A DNA stretch of 64,000 nt from the human T2T-CHM13v2.0 reference genome, Homo sapiens (GCF_009914755.1 NC_060929.1); one strand, 5' to 3'; shown: positions 41,402 to 56,452, counted from the first letter of the stretch. Made by a program: numbers and translations. The notes: a model not told the origin generated them from the sequence alone.

Positions 41402-41677
41402 TTTTTTGTTTTTTGTTTTTTTTTTGTGGAGATTGAATCTTGCTCTGTCGCCCAGGCTGGATTGCAGTGGTGCGATCTTGGCTCACTGCAGCCTCAGCCT
41501 CCCGAGCAGCTGGGATTACAGGCACCCACCACCATGGCCATCTAATTTTTGTATTTTTAGTAGAGATGGGGTTTCACCACATTGGCCAGGCTGGTCTCAA
41601 ACTCCTGACCTCAAGTGATCTGCCCGCCTCAGCCTCCCAAAGTGCTGGGATTACATGCGTGAGCCACCGCGCCCGGC
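41402..41677 (-). mobile_element. Alu (AluS-like, small internal deletion)
   Basis: Antisense Alu consensus ending cgcccggc. Confidence 0.9.
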
Positions 41678-42595
41678 TATAGATTTATTTTAAAAGAAAA
41701 CTTATTGACATAGTCATTGATGAACAATCAGTATCATGAATAAAGTTCTAATAATAAGGCCTGTGAAAATGAAAGAAAGTTACATAATCCTCGCACCATG
41801 CTCCTGCCTGAAAGAGATCTGAGCCTGAGATTTGCTTTCTCTTTGATAAAGAGGGAAATTACAAAGTGGCAGAGAGGTGTTGAAAACAGGCTAGCACCCA
41901 GCAGAGTCTTTCCCCCTGATGGAGCCAGAGTATTGAGAGAGAATTAAGAAGGAAAGAGCTCTCTCACTGTGCAAACCCATGCTGTTTTAAGTGGTGCCCA
42001 CATACACCCTAAATCACTGTGTAGCCTCAGTGGTACACGCCCTTGATTTGGGGGACCCTGAATATACCACTTCTTAGGTCCTTCCTCCCTGTCCTAAGCT
42101 GCATGATTCTAACCTGTGTGCGTTTTGGTTCATCCCTATCTGACCCCCGGCCTAGGGAAAGACAGACACAGGCAGAAAGCACCCTGGGTCAGCCCCAGCC
42201 TCAACCCCCTGAAGCTCCTGGTTGCAAAGCTGCCAAGGTCTCTCCTGCAAAGGAGAGGCCCAGGAAGGACAGACATGCAGGACAGAGACCTAGACAAACA
42301 GGCAGGGGCACAGCAGTGTGAGCTCTCTGTCCTCCTCTTTCCCAAACTGCCCACCCACAGAGGGCACTTGCGTAACAACCCACCAGCCAGCTTGTGACCA
42401 GCTGGGCAGCTGGGATGGCCCCAGGCATCAAGATGACTGTAACTCGGGTGTGTGTGTCAGTGGGAAGCCTCCCTTATCTATAATATGGGAATCAAGGCCC
42501 TCCCCAGGCCCCTCCCAGGGTCATGGGCAGGAGAGGCCTGGGAGGGCTTGTCCTGTGTGTCCCTGGTCTCTGGGACCTCGCCTGCCCCATCTTCA

Positions 42596-42988
<393 letters not shown>

Positions 42989-44640
42989 TCACAGGATCAT
43001 TGAAGTTAGTAGATGGGAAGGGGCCAGGGGCTTGCAAGTTATAAAGTATGGGATATCACTGACTGGTTGGTGCCATCTAGATCCGGGAAGCCTGGGTTCA
43101 GGCCCTGGCTCTGCCAATGGCTGTGAGACCCCAAGCAAGTGGCTTAATCCCTTTAAGCAAGAGCACCATGAATAGTGTACAGGGCTGTGCAGTGCACTAA
43201 AGGTGCTGGTGGGGAGGAAATTCAGCTTGCTCTCTACTCTCCAAATTGTACTCCCTGGTTCAGGGCAGTGGATCCAGAGGGGGCTTTTTCTAATTTGTCT
43301 TCCTGTGGGGTCGGGATGGGGGACACTGCCTTTTCCTTCACATAAAAGTGACTTCTGCTCATCAAGCCAGGTATATACCTGGAAGGGGCGAGTTTTCTAA
43401 TTTGAACAAAGGTGCCCTATTGTTAACAGCAGCCTTGGCTGTGAGCCTCAGTTTCCTCTTCTGTAAGATGAGAAAAATAGCATTAGATGAGGTAATATCT
43501 GGGAGGAGAAGCACAGGGCATGACGGAGGCTGTGTATTTTCAGCTGTTATTCCCTTCCAGGTCTTAGTCTTCTCGGAGATCCTGACAGCCAGGCAGGGGA
43601 AGGGAACAAGCTGTCTTTCCCATCTCCAGGTCTGTGGGATCTTTTGTGGTATAACATGGACCCCTGTGACAATAGCAATGAAGCCAGGGGCAGGAAATGT
43701 CCCAGGACAAGCAAAGCTCCCAACCCAGGGTAGAATTGGAGACACCCAGGAGAAGGTGTCAGGCCCAGCACCGTCTGAGCTGGAGAAAGCATTCACAGGG
43801 TGCACTGTCCCTGCTCTGTCCTGTCTGTTTGGGTGACCCCAGACAACTTGCTTCTCTACTCATGACCCCAAATTCTCCAGATGGCTTAAGCCAGGGGCTG
43901 GGGGACTGTGCTCAGACCAAACGGGATGCCCAGGACCCTTCCAGCTCCAGAATCCCCCAAGAGTGGGGGTCTGGACATGTGGGAGACTGAGCGCCCCCAC
44001 TGAAGAAGCCCCAACCCTGGAGGCACCTGGGTGTTCCTGCCTCCTAGAGTGAAGGGACTTGGAGGCCATCTGCCCCAACTCCATTGTACATATGGGGAAA
44101 CTGAGGCTCAGAGAGATGAAGGAACATGTTCAAGATTACACAGGGCATCCTGGACCCCAGAGGTCATCACAAGGGGTCAGAACCTAGAGCAGGCTGCAGA
44201 TGTCAGAGGAGGTGACATCACATAGGTGGGAGGGGTTCCCCAGGACCCCCAGAAGTGCCACTGAGGAGCTTGGGGACCACAGGGGCCACCTCTCTTTCCT
44301 TCACTCCCTGGCTGTGTCCTTCCAGAGCCACTGGCATGATACATTCCAAGTCCATTCTTTCTAGAACTGGTTGCAAGACCAGCTTAACAGCCTATTTCCA
44401 TGCTTTTATGCAACACTCAGGTATATACATGCACACACACCTGCGCACCCTCCTTGTGCACAGTTTTAAACGTGCACACATGTGTACAAGTGCATGCATA
44501 CACATATGTACACATCACCCTCAGTTCCACACATGCATCTTCTAAGCCCCTTGTTCTTCCAGAGGGAGCCAGTGACCTTCTAGGGGGCTTTGCCACCTGC
44601 TGCTCCTGAAAACTCTCCCACAATTAGAATGCACCTGGCA

Positions 44641-44961
44641 GGCCGGGCGGGCTCGGTAGCTGACGCCTGTAATCCCAGCACTTTGGGAGGCTGAGGTGGG
44701 TGGATCATGAGGCCAGGAGTTCGAGACCAGCCTGACCAACATGGTGAAACCCCGTCTCTACTAAAAATACAAAAATTAGCTGGGCGTGGTGGCGTGCACC
44801 TGTAATCCCAGCTACTCAGGAGGCTGAGGCAGGAGAATCACTTGAACCCGGGAGACGGAGGTTGCAGTGAGCCAAGATCGTGCCACTGCACTATAGTCTG
44901 GGTGACAGAGTGAGACTCCGTCTCAAAAAAAAAAAAAAAAAAAAAAAAGGGAAAAAAAAAA
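44641..44961 (+). mobile_element. Alu (AluS-like) with long A tail
   Basis: Alu consensus; TSD agaatgcacctgg. Confidence 0.93.
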
Positions 44962-45911
44962 GAATGCACCTGGTCTGCCAAGCCTTTGAGAGGCAAACTT
45001 CAGCTCTGGGCACATTGGAAATCAGGAACAGGCTGCCCAAGGAGCAAACCCCAGCCAGGTTATGCCCAACTCAATTTAACCCAACAGGCAAAAATAACTC
45101 TGCCTTGGCTGGCAGTCTTTGTCCTCCAAAAAGCTTATGTCTGGTCTCTAGGCCCAGGCCTTGTCAGCACTGGCCAAAATATTGAGGACTAAGCCCAAAA
45201 TATTTGCTCTCCCGGGGGCCAGCTGAGGGCCCAAGTGAAGTCTGTTTCTGGGCCAGGCCAGGAAAGGTGTGAGTGAACAGCACAGGGTGCTCTGGCTCAG
45301 CCCATGCACACACAGCTGCCCCTCCAAAGGCAAGTCCAGGTGTGTATGTGATGTCTCATTTTATGTTATTTTTGTGCAAGCTGCCTTATTTCTCAGAGGA
45401 GTTCAGATTCTGCTTAGAATTACTTCTGCTCATGCCTGCTCACTGAAGGGACGTGCCCTGTGGATCCTGCTTGCTCCTGCCCATCTGAGGTCAGAGGTCC
45501 AAGGGAGTCTAGGGTGAGCACTCAGGCCTACTGGGCAGGAATGAAGGGAACGTGCCTCCCTTCCCACCTTCCCAGCTCATCTCCTGAGGAGGCCCATGCT
45601 GTGATACTGTCCACCCCCTCTTTCCTTGGGGAAGCAAGGGAGTTTTGTTGGAGTTCCTCCCAGGGAACAAGATGTGAGGAGGAGGAAGGATGGGAGGAGG
45701 AGGAGGACTGACATATAGAGCAGTGTCGCGAACAGAAAGCTCAATAGAAGCATCAAGTCCGGATGCAAAATAGAAATATGAGTTCAGCCCGATTCACAGC
45801 ACATGCAAAGTGAGTGGATGAGGATCGGAGACAAGGACCCCCAAAGTTAGCCATTGGTACCCCCTGAACAACAATCCAGGCAGGACATGCAGAATGAGCC
45901 CAGCTGACTCA

Positions 45912-46067
<156 letters not shown>

Positions 46068-48382
46068 CTACCATTTCTTGAGTCCTTATCATGTGCCAGA
46101 CTCTGTGCTGGGACCTGAAGACCTCATGCAGATGATCTCATTTATCCTCGCATTGCTGCTGGGGGCTAGGCATCATCACCCCCATTTCACAGAAGAAACT
46201 GAGGCCCAGAAAGGCAAAAAAAAAAAAAAAAATGTGTGAAAGTTCCTCAACTACAAAGGCCAGAGCCAGTGTCTCTGTTGGCGGTCTTTGCCTCTAATAC
46301 ATGGTGGACATTCTGAATCTACGCCTGATGTAAATCCAGGTCTTGGCTCCCAAATACTTATTCCTACCACCTTTGCTTTGCCATGTAAATCAAAACAGGA
46401 TCAACTGTGGCACTGTCACTGATAGCCATGAGCCAGGGGCTTTCTTATGGCCAAAACCAGCACCACTAAGAAAAATCTTAGGGTATACGCATCCCTTGAG
46501 CCTAGATGAGCTTCTTGCTCTATTTGGGTGCCGATAGGAATTAGGCACAGAGCTGTCCAGAACTTTCTAGGCATAATGAATCCCATTTGCTGAGACCTGG
46601 CCCTCCCCTATCTGCCACTGAAACACCACAAACAGCTGGTCTTTCTGGTGGAGTTAGATGGCCGTCTTATTAGATGTGTGATGTTCTGAGCCTCAGTTTT
46701 CCCATCTGTAAAATGAGGACACCACCATCTCTCATTCATTCAAAGCCAAATACATAGTGAGCAGAATCCAAGCTTCAGCTTAGACAGATGTTTATTTAAA
46801 TGACTGTCCAGGTCCTCAAGCTGTGCAACTGCGGGCCACAAGGTGGTTTGAAGGTCTGTGAAATGGAGATGATAGTGTTCTCCGAGGGTTGTTATGAGGG
46901 TGGGGTGATGTGATGTACACAAAGCATTGGCCAAAGCCTGGCACATAGTGGGTGCACCTCATAAGTGCAACCATGCCCTGCCTCCCTAGGCCCCTGCCAG
47001 GGGTTGCCTCTCTGCTCTTCACTAATACCCTGGGAGGTAGGCAAGGTCAGCTTCCTCCCAATTCACATACAAGGTGACTGAGCCTCAGTGATGGAGGAAT
47101 TTGAAGCCAGGTGTCCTGGCTCCTGGCAGAGCCTAACAGAAGCCTTGCTCCGTCTCCCAGAGGCAGGCCCCTTTCCCTCCTTCCACAGGCTTAAGCTTGG
47201 CTTTAAACCTGGCCAGCTCATTGGTCCACTGGAGTTGTCTCAGGTGAATAGATGAACACATTGCCAGGATTGCAAGCTCAGGCCTGGCCTCAGCATTTCT
47301 CAGTCTGGAAGCCTGGGAGGGAGCCCAAGCCTAGCAGAGGCCCTCACCAGCCCTGTCCTCACCAGTTGCCCACACCACACCACCCCACACAGGAGCACAC
47401 CTCAGGCCCAGAGGACACAGAATCATAGAACATCCAGGCTAGAAGAACCCTTGGAGGCCAGAGCCTCCTTATCAAACTTTAGGGAAACTGAGGCCCAGTG
47501 AGGGGGTTGTGATTTGCCCAAGGACATGGCACATACCAGGTGGAGAGCCTGGCTCCTCGCCCAGGGCCTTTTCCATAGGCCCCTGAGGCCCCAGCTCACT
47601 GTCTGTCCTAACACTAACCTCACGCAATTGTTTTGCCCGAATGCTTTATCTATGCCCCAGCTCATAGATGAGCTCTTGGGGGCTGGGCTGTGACATCCCT
47701 TGCTCACTGCGTCCTGGAGCCTGGAACAGGCTTGGCCCCATAAGCCTTTATCACTGAATGAATGAATAAGTGTACCAGGCCATGTGCTATGTGCTTAGTC
47801 TACCAAGTTCCAGAGCCTCACAGCACAACTTTATTTCCACGTCACAGATGAGCAAACTGAAGGTGAAAGAAGCTAAATAATTAGCTCCAGTGGAGCTGGG
47901 ACCCTAATCAGAGTTTGCAGCCCTAAAGCCCATCACATTCTCCCACACTACACCCAGCACCGCCCCTGGCACATGGTAGATGTAGCAGTGATCATTCAAC
48001 GTCAGCCACCACTGTGAACAGCTAATTCCCTTCTCCCTCCTGGCTCCAGTCAGAATCACCTGGGCTGGGAATGAGTCCATTTTTAGACCATGAGTGCCAC
48101 CGGGTCACACAGGTGTTGCTGCACCTCTCTCTCTGGGGACTTTCCTGGGGCTGGGGCAGAGGCAGCACTCAATACATACGTGTTGAGTGAATGAATGAAT
48201 GAGTGAATGGGACCAAACCAGAGTCTGGACTGCTATCTTCATCCTGCCCCTTGGACTTGCCCAAGTTGCCTGGTAGCCACTGTCCCTAGGAGACCCAGAA
48301 CCTGGCTTCCTGATCACCTGTGCCCTCCTTCCCAGAAGCTGGAAACTGAGTTTGGGAAGAAGCCTAGCCCAGCCAGTCACCT

Positions 48383-48711
48383 CTTTTGTTTGTTTGTGTT
48401 TTTGTTTGTTTGTTTTTTGTTTTTCATTTTTTTGAGATGGGGTCTCTCTGCATTGTCCAGGCAGGAGTGCAGTGGTGTGATCACAGCTCACTGCAACCTC
48501 CCCTTCGTGGGTTCAAGCGATTCTCCTGCCTCAGCCTCCTGAGTAGCTGGGATTACAGGCATGCACCACCACGCCCAGCTAATTTTTGTATTTGTAGTGG
48601 AGATGAGGTTTCACCATGTTGGCCAGGCTGGTCACGAGCTCCTGGCCTCAGGTGATCTGCCCGCCTTGGCCTCAAAGTGCTGGGATTACAGGTGTGAGCC
48701 ACTGTGCCCAG
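48383..48711 (-). mobile_element. Alu (AluS-like)
   Basis: (TTTG)n tail then antisense Alu consensus. Confidence 0.9.
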
Positions 48712-51489
48712 TCCAGAGCTACCTCTTTCTTGCCACTCCCACATGGAATCAGGGGTGACAACCAGAGCAAACCCACGTGCTCCTGATGTGAGACCTGAGT
48801 CACTCTCCTTGCCTTCTCTGCATGGACTTTAAGACCCTTCTGGCTCACCGTTCCAGGAGCCTGTGCTCAATGCCTGTTTCCTGAGGTCTGCTTCTCCCTG
48901 CCATCTCAGAGAGTCTAGCACAGTGGCTGAGGTCATGGATTCTGGAGCCAAAGTCCCTGGCTTTGGATTCTGGCTATGCCACTTACTTAATAGCTGTTCC
49001 CTTGGACAAGGGAACTTCCAGTGCCTCAGTTTCCCTATATGTATAATGAAGATACTAATAGTACTTACCTTGTAGAGTTGTTCTAAGGATTGAGTTAAGA
49101 ATATGTCAATAGAAATAGCTAACATGTACATGGTCCTCACAGAGAGCCAGTTGCTGTTCCGAGTCCTTTAGATCAAAGCACTTATGTAAAGGATGCTGCA
49201 TTATGTAAAGAAGTTAGCACAGTGCCTGGCTCTTGGGAAATGAGAGTGTGGTTATTATCATCTGGGAATCTCTGAATTGGAACTTCCTCCTGAGGACATC
49301 CTGGAGTCTCTAGTCAGGGCAGGGATATTTCCCAGCAGCCTGATATGAGGGGGTGTAGCTCTGGTTGGAACCCAGGGCTTGTGGCCTGCCCGGAAGCTGG
49401 CTGCAATGTTGGACTGCCCTGGCTATTTTCACTTCCTTCTCCTTTCAAGTTGAAATCTGTCCTTCCAAAACCCGCTAGATACAGTTCTTGTCTTCTTTCT
49501 GCCTTCTGGGGCCCCGAAGTGAACACCTGCTTCCCCAGCCTCTATGCCTAGTCTTCTCTTCTCAGAGCTGAAGGCCTCCAGGTTGTGGTACTGACTCAAG
49601 CTGGCCATTTAATCCTTGAGAGTCCTGGAGCTGTCTAGATACCTCTCTGAGTACGTGCACACAATATCAGGTGTGGCCTGAATAATGCAGAATATCATGT
49701 CTGGGGTAGCACTCTCTATCCCCTCCCCAATTCTGGATATTATACCTCTATTAATGTAGCCTGAGACAGTGCCTGACTTGGCTGTGTCTCCAGCTACTTG
49801 GGACACCAAGTTACCAACAATAAAGCCTAGTGGGCAGGAATCTCCCTAGCTTTGTTCTGTGGGACAGAAGATCTGGGGGCCTGGTGCTTCTTACATCTGG
49901 AAAGTCCACTCTGATTCTGGGCCTCTACTATGCCCTCAGCAGCCCCACTGCTGTGTTCATTCAGCAGCTGCTTAGTAGCAACCACTGGCCTTTCTCATCT
50001 GCCAGCTGTTCACCCAGACAATCCGGGAATGCTCCCCTACAGATGGGAAAGCCCAAACCCCAGAGAGGTTAAGACACTCTCTCAAGATCATACAGCATGC
50101 TAAGACTGAAACGGGATCAGCATTCCTGACTGATATTTCCCAGAATGTCTCTGCCCAAGGCAGAGGTAGCTCTTTAGTTGGAGAGGAAATTAATTTTTCA
50201 AGGAGCGAATCAGGAGGGATGGGGGAGTGGGAAGGAAGCAGAGCCCCAGGCAGCTCGGAGGGCAAGAGGCCTGTGCAGTGAGCCAGAGGGGCTTTGAAAT
50301 ATTAATGTCTCTTTCTCTCCTCAGGGGACGATGTTCCCTGGAGGATGACATTTCTAATTAACTTTAATGTCAGGTCAGAGTCCACCCCACCAGCTGTTAT
50401 TCTCACTTAGTAAGAAGACTTAACAAATTAACACCAGAAAACGGTTCCCTGGAAATTTTCTCTGAGGCCGGGAGAGGCTGGGGGAGGCACAAGGACTCCT
50501 CTTTCCTGCCAAACACGGGGAGAAGCTCCTGGCTGACCGTTTCTTCCATCAGACGTGGCTTTTGGGGTTTTTTACATGTGGGGAAACTGAGGCAGGAAAC
50601 AGGGTCCCAGTCCTACCATTAATAAGCCATATGTGCCCTTTCTCCTCCCTAGGCCTCAAATTTCCCTCTGGAAAGGGGGAAAATCTGGAAAGTGAGCCAA
50701 AATTCAAGACTTTGCAAATTGCCCCATCCTGATCGCTCTAAAGCAGAGGATAATGACGGCAAATGTGAGACCTCAGGGATGCAGCCCAAAGCCATTACCC
50801 CAAGAGAAAAAACGTCCTTGATGGCTCCTAATTTACATTAATAGTGCATACAAATTTGGTATTGTATTCCAAATATTTCTCTCTCTAACATTTAAATTTG
50901 TCTTAAAATAATCTTTGAGTAAAATTGGTGCTCCAAGAAAATGTCACCTGGCTTCCTGTCATTCAACCACGAACTACAGTTTGAAAAAAGAAATTGAGAT
51001 TGATTAAATAGCTTCTCTGGGCCAAACACTACATGTGCACTTCATATGCATCTTCTCATTTCATCTGCACAGCAATCCTCTGAGGTTGGTACTATTTTCA
51101 TTACCTCTTTACTGTGAAGGAAACTGAAGCTCAGAGAGGTTGAGTAAGTTGTCTGAGGTCATTCAGCAAATGGACTCCAGTGGAGAAGACAGAGCCAGAT
51201 TACCTCCACGGTCCCTGCCTGTTCTGAGGCCAGGATTATGTGGCTATATCTATCCAGTCTCCTCAACATCCCAGGGCCCAACTCTTATCACTGGGCAGCT
51301 AGCCTCAAATAAGGGGAACAGCTTAGAAGCACCATTTCTTGGCCTGCCACATGCCCCTGGGGTCATAATTCACAGGGCAGGGCTGGGAATGTGGTTAGAA
51401 CACTGGACTTTTGTGAAACTAGAATGCTGACTTGACCCTACCAGGGAATTCTTCAAGATAGTGTATTTTCTCATTCGTTCATTCATTCA

Positions 51490-51623
51490 TTTTTTTTAAG
51501 AGACAGGGTCTTGCTATGTTGCCCAGGCTGGAGTGTAGTGGCTATTCACAGACACCATCATAGGTCACTGCAGCCTTAAACTCCTGGCCTCAAGCGATCC
51601 TCCTGCCTCAGCCTCCTGAGTAG
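51490..51623 (-). mobile_element. Alu monomer (FAM/FLAM-like)
   Basis: agagacagggtcttgctatgttgcccaggctggagtgtagtggctattcacag. Confidence 0.8.
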
Positions 51624-52757
51624 TTCAAGATAATGTATTTTTATAAGTTGTCCCTGGTGCCATCACAGAAGATGGATTTGCTCTAGGGCCAGGTTGTGGT
51701 GATAGAGTACCCACCACCGCCCAGGTTGGGAATGACCAGGAAGGGACACACACGGGGCAGGTCTCATCTTCCAGGCATCCTGGCAGCGTCAGGAGGCAGC
51801 CTTGGTATGTGGTGCGTCAAAACTGCCTTAAAGCCTGAATCACAATTTTACAAAAATGTTTCCTACGTAATACAATGCTCTTTTTCCCATCTCTGTTTTC
51901 TAAGGCAAAATATCTAAACTGGTACTGCTGAGTTCCCTCGAGGTCAACGGCCTTTTTTTATATTTCAGAGACCCCCCCCGCCACTACCACCACCACCAGG
52001 CATCTCTGCTACACACCTGAGTGTGTGAACCACTGAGCTCCCTGTCCTGGGGAAGGAGGAGGTCTGGCTGCTAACACTTGGAGGATTTGGTGTCCCCAGG
52101 GCAGAAGTCAGCAATCCCTGCCCCTTCCTCCAAGCTCCAAGGGCACTTCCCACCACCGAGGCCTTCAGAGTGGCGGTTACCAGCCAAGCTCTAGAATCCG
52201 ACTGCCTGAGTTCAAACCCTAGCCACATCCTTGTGAGCCACGGGACGACAGAGTACAGGCCAACATACCCGGCCTCTCTGTCCTCTGTTTCCTCAGCTGT
52301 AGAATGAGGTTCACAGCAGCACCTACTTCATGGGCTATAGTGACACTCCAGGAAGTCAGTCCAGATAAGGTGCTGAGACCGGGGCTAGCACACAGCAAGC
52401 ATTCCATAAATGACGGCCCTTATTACTATTTTTGTTTTATCCTTACTCACAATCCAATCAATTACCTGATGCTTTGCTTCCCCCACCTGAGAGCTTTTGA
52501 GGACTGCTGGCCACTAGCTCCAGTGGCGCCGGCATCTTTGGTGGGTCTTAGGCAGTGTTTCCCATACTCCAGCCACTGGAGCTTTCTGGATTTTTGCTCT
52601 CCCTTCCTTTACAGTTATTACTGTTTTTAAAATCAATTCACTTTTCAAAAAAACTCAAAAACACTTACTTCAAAAGGAACATGTATACCATTACCAAACA
52701 CTTATGACTTGAACATGTTAAATTTTTCTCTAATACACATATAATATATATCCTCTA

Positions 52758-53089
<332 letters not shown>

Positions 53090-53301
53090 CTATCTACACA
53101 CCAGCAGTAGTTCCAGTACCACCCCCGCCCTCCATGGGAATGATGCCTCCCAGTGTGCCCAGTTTATAAGGCACCAGAGCGAAGCTCTCTGTAGATGAGC
53201 AAGAAATGAGGTTGGCACGTGGGAGCTGTCAGGAAAAAGAGGTCTGCTCAGAGCTGGTTCCAGAAGTCTAAGGGGTCCCGACACTGAAGGCCCCTCCCTA
53301 C

Positions 53302-53350
53302 CTTTGGTGTCTTCATCCTCGATGGTGGTGTTGGTGCTCTCTGAGGATTC
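53302..53350 (-). CDS. CAMK2A: CAMK2A exon 15 (ESSESTNTTIEDEDTK)
   Basis: ggcag| and |gtaggg. Confidence 0.95.
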
Positions 53351-54305
53351 CTGCCAAAGAGAATACAGGAGATGGTGAGGCCTGCCTGGGAGCGGGACGA
53401 GGCATGGCCAGGCCCTGGCTGCCTGGTGACGCGGCTGGTTTCTGTGAGCCTCACAGGCTCTGCCTTCCAGATGCTGTCCTGAAAACCCTGTCAGATTCTC
53501 CAGCCTCAAGACGGGGAGGGCCCAGCTGAGCAGGTGGCCAGGGGCCGGGTGGGGGAAAGGGATGGCTGCAAAGAGAACCCTGGCCTTTCTGGAAGGACTG
53601 AGGGGCGTCCTGGGTCCTTTCTGCTCGAGGGGGTGAAGAAGGGGTGTGGAGGAGCAGAGAGACACCATGGCGGCCGCAGAGTGGGGAGGAACATACACTG
53701 GCAGGGGAGGAAGAGAGAGAGAGGGAGGCCCAGTGTGAGAGATGGTGGGCTCTTCAGAGGGGAGAAAAACCACACGACTGAGTGAGACAGCGATGGAACC
53801 AGAAGAGGGAGGTGGGCCACCATGCCACCACTGGACCCTAGACAGAGGCAGGGCTGGTGGCTCCCCTGCCACCGGCGGGCCTGGTAGCCTTACACCAGCT
53901 CAAGAGGGGCCTCTGTGGCACCTACTACTTTGGCCAAACCAAGCCCCACCCTCGCCGCGATTGGCACAAACCAAGCCTGAGATGAATTCTAGAGCAGAGG
54001 GGCAGGGAGAAGCGAGAAGCCAAGGTCTGGACATAGGACTGGGTTCAGATCCACCTTCACACCCGAGGAGGATCTCAGGTCTGCTGTCAGCCTGCTGGTC
54101 TGGGCCGTGGAGTTGGAGGTGTCAACAGAAACACGCAAACAACACACACACACAACACACATATTGTCACACAAGGCACACGTACCAAGCACGCCCTGAG
54201 CACCCTCTCCCCGCCCCAGGTTCCCAGTGCAGCCTGCAGGAGGGAGGCAGGAGCAAGGGTTCGAGGCCCAGCATTTACCGGCGTTAGGAGACGGCAGACA
54301 CTCAC

Positions 54306-54338
54306 CATTAACTGAACGCTGGAACTGGACTTTCTTTT
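54306..54338 (-). CDS. CAMK2A: CAMK2A cassette exon 14, alphaB insert KRKSSSSVQLM (creates KKRK nuclear localisation signal)
   Basis: 33-nt symmetric exon, ttccag| and |gtgagt. Confidence 0.93.
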
Positions 54339-55896
54339 CTGGAAAAACAAGGAGAAGAGATGGGACAGGAAAAGACACAGCGTGAAAACGGCAGGGAGCA
54401 GAGGAACGACAGGGGAGGTTTGGGAGGAGGATGGGCCTCGGGGTCATCCTCTGTAGTCCTTTGTCGGCTTGGCATCGGGACAAGGAGTCAAGGAGTCAAG
54501 GCCACCAGCAACAGTTGACCTGGCGGGGCCAGTCCTCATCCTGAAGCTCTGAGTCCTCATGCACACTGCCTGGGTCTAGCGATCTAACAGCCAAGCTCAT
54601 GGCCAAGCCTCCCTGGGACCAGGGCTACCCACCCTGCCTAACTCTGATGGCAAAAGCCAATCCTGGCTCTGGAAGCCAGTCACTGGAGGCCTCCAGAATC
54701 CAATGCTCTTGAAGGACAAAGGGTGCTCAGGCCTGGAAGTGAGGCCCAATGTCTTCTCCTAGGCTCCCCGTGCATCTCGGCTAGGAGGACCTCATTCCCA
54801 ATTGACTGTCACAGTCACTTGGGAAACTCGTTACAATAAACAGAATCAGGTCCCCTCTGAGGAGTTTGATAACTAGGTCTGGGGTGCGGCCTGAGCATCT
54901 CCATTTTAAACAATATCTGCAGGTGATGCCAAAGCAGGGCCAAGCATGGGAGCCAGTCCTCTAAGTAGCCTTTGCAATCCAGCTTGCATTCACAACCTCC
55001 TGGTGGCTGGCCTATTCCACCCCTTTATGCTGATGGAGAAACTGAGGCTCAGCCAGAAGTGGAGCTGAGTCTAGAACTTGAGTCTTTTGGCCCTGCCATT
55101 CAGCTTACACTAGCATTTTGGGGATTTGTAGCATCCCCTGTATTGGCTACGGTACCAAGAGAAGGAGAGGGGGACAAATGTAAATTACCTTCTCCTTCCC
55201 TCAGCTCTCCAAGCCAGGAGTCTTAAAGACTCCCATTCACAGAAGATGGTAGGTGAAGACAGACCCTTGCATTGCACAGATGAGAAACTGAGGCCCAGAG
55301 AGGTGCAGTGGCCTGCACAAGGCCTCGCGGCAAGCCACTAGCAGAGCTGAGGCTAGAACCCAGGCCCTGCGTTCAGGCTCTTTCCTCTGTCCAGGTCTCC
55401 AGGCACCCACAGTCAGACCCTCTCCAAAGGCTCATCCTATTCTAGATGCCCTTATACCAGAGAGGCCAGGAGGCCCCTCTCCCTGCTGGAAAGAAGGGAC
55501 TCGAGGAGCCCACAGGGCAGGCCTTTGCCATGGGAGGCACTGGATATGCCTTGAGGGTCTCAGGTCTAATTCTGGGTTTCTGACTCCAAGATCCAGTGAG
55601 CTCCCCAAAATCCTGGGCCAGGCCCCCAGGTTATTCTCATCTTCCAATAGGACTTCTTCCCTCCTCCATCCAAGGGAGTGAAGGAGGCTGAGCTACAAAG
55701 TGATGGTTGAGCCAGGAGTGGCCTTTGAACTCAAGGCCCTGTGCCTTCCATCCGGGGCCTCCACAGAAGGGATGGGGTGGCTCACTGGACACTTCCAATG
55801 CCCGTGTGCTCACAGGGGCATAAATGCTCACAGACCCTGCATTTTCCCCAGCTGGGCTGGATGGTGTGGCTTCCACAGTCATCAGCCTGCAGTCAG

Positions 55897-56452
55897 CCCC
55901 TCATCTCCCCGATTCCCTTCCCCTCTCCTCCCTCCTCTCCTTCCTCTCCTCCTTCCTCTTTTCTTCCTCTCTTCCCCTGTCTCCTTCCCTCTCTCCTCCT
56001 TCCTCTTTTCTTCCTCTCTTCTCTTCCCCTCCCCTCCCCTCCTCTCTCTTTTACTCCGTTCCCTCGCCCTCCCCTCTCCTCCTTCTTCTCTTCCTTCCTC
56101 TCCTCTCCTCTCCTCCTCCCTCTTTTCTTCCACTCTTCTTTCCCCTCCTCTTCCCTCTCCTCTCCTCTGCCTCCTTCCTCTCTTCCTTCTTGTCCTCTTC
56201 CTCTCCTCTCTTCTCCTGTCCTCTCCTCTCCTCCCCTCTCCTCCTTCTTTTCTTCCTCTCTTCTCCTCTCCCTTCCTCTTCCCTCTCCTCAACTCCTCCT
56301 CCTTCCTCTCTTCCTTCTTTTCCTCTTTTCTCTCCTCTCCTCCCCTCCCCTCTCTTTTCTTCCTCTCTTCTCCTTTCCTCTTCCCTCTCCTCTCCTCCTC
56401 CTCTCTCTCTTCCTTCTTCCCCTCTTTCCTCCACTCCCCTCCCCTCTCCCCT
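55897..56452. repeat. ~550-bp polypyrimidine/polypurine low-complexity tract
   Basis: Almost exclusively C/T on + strand. Confidence 0.95.
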
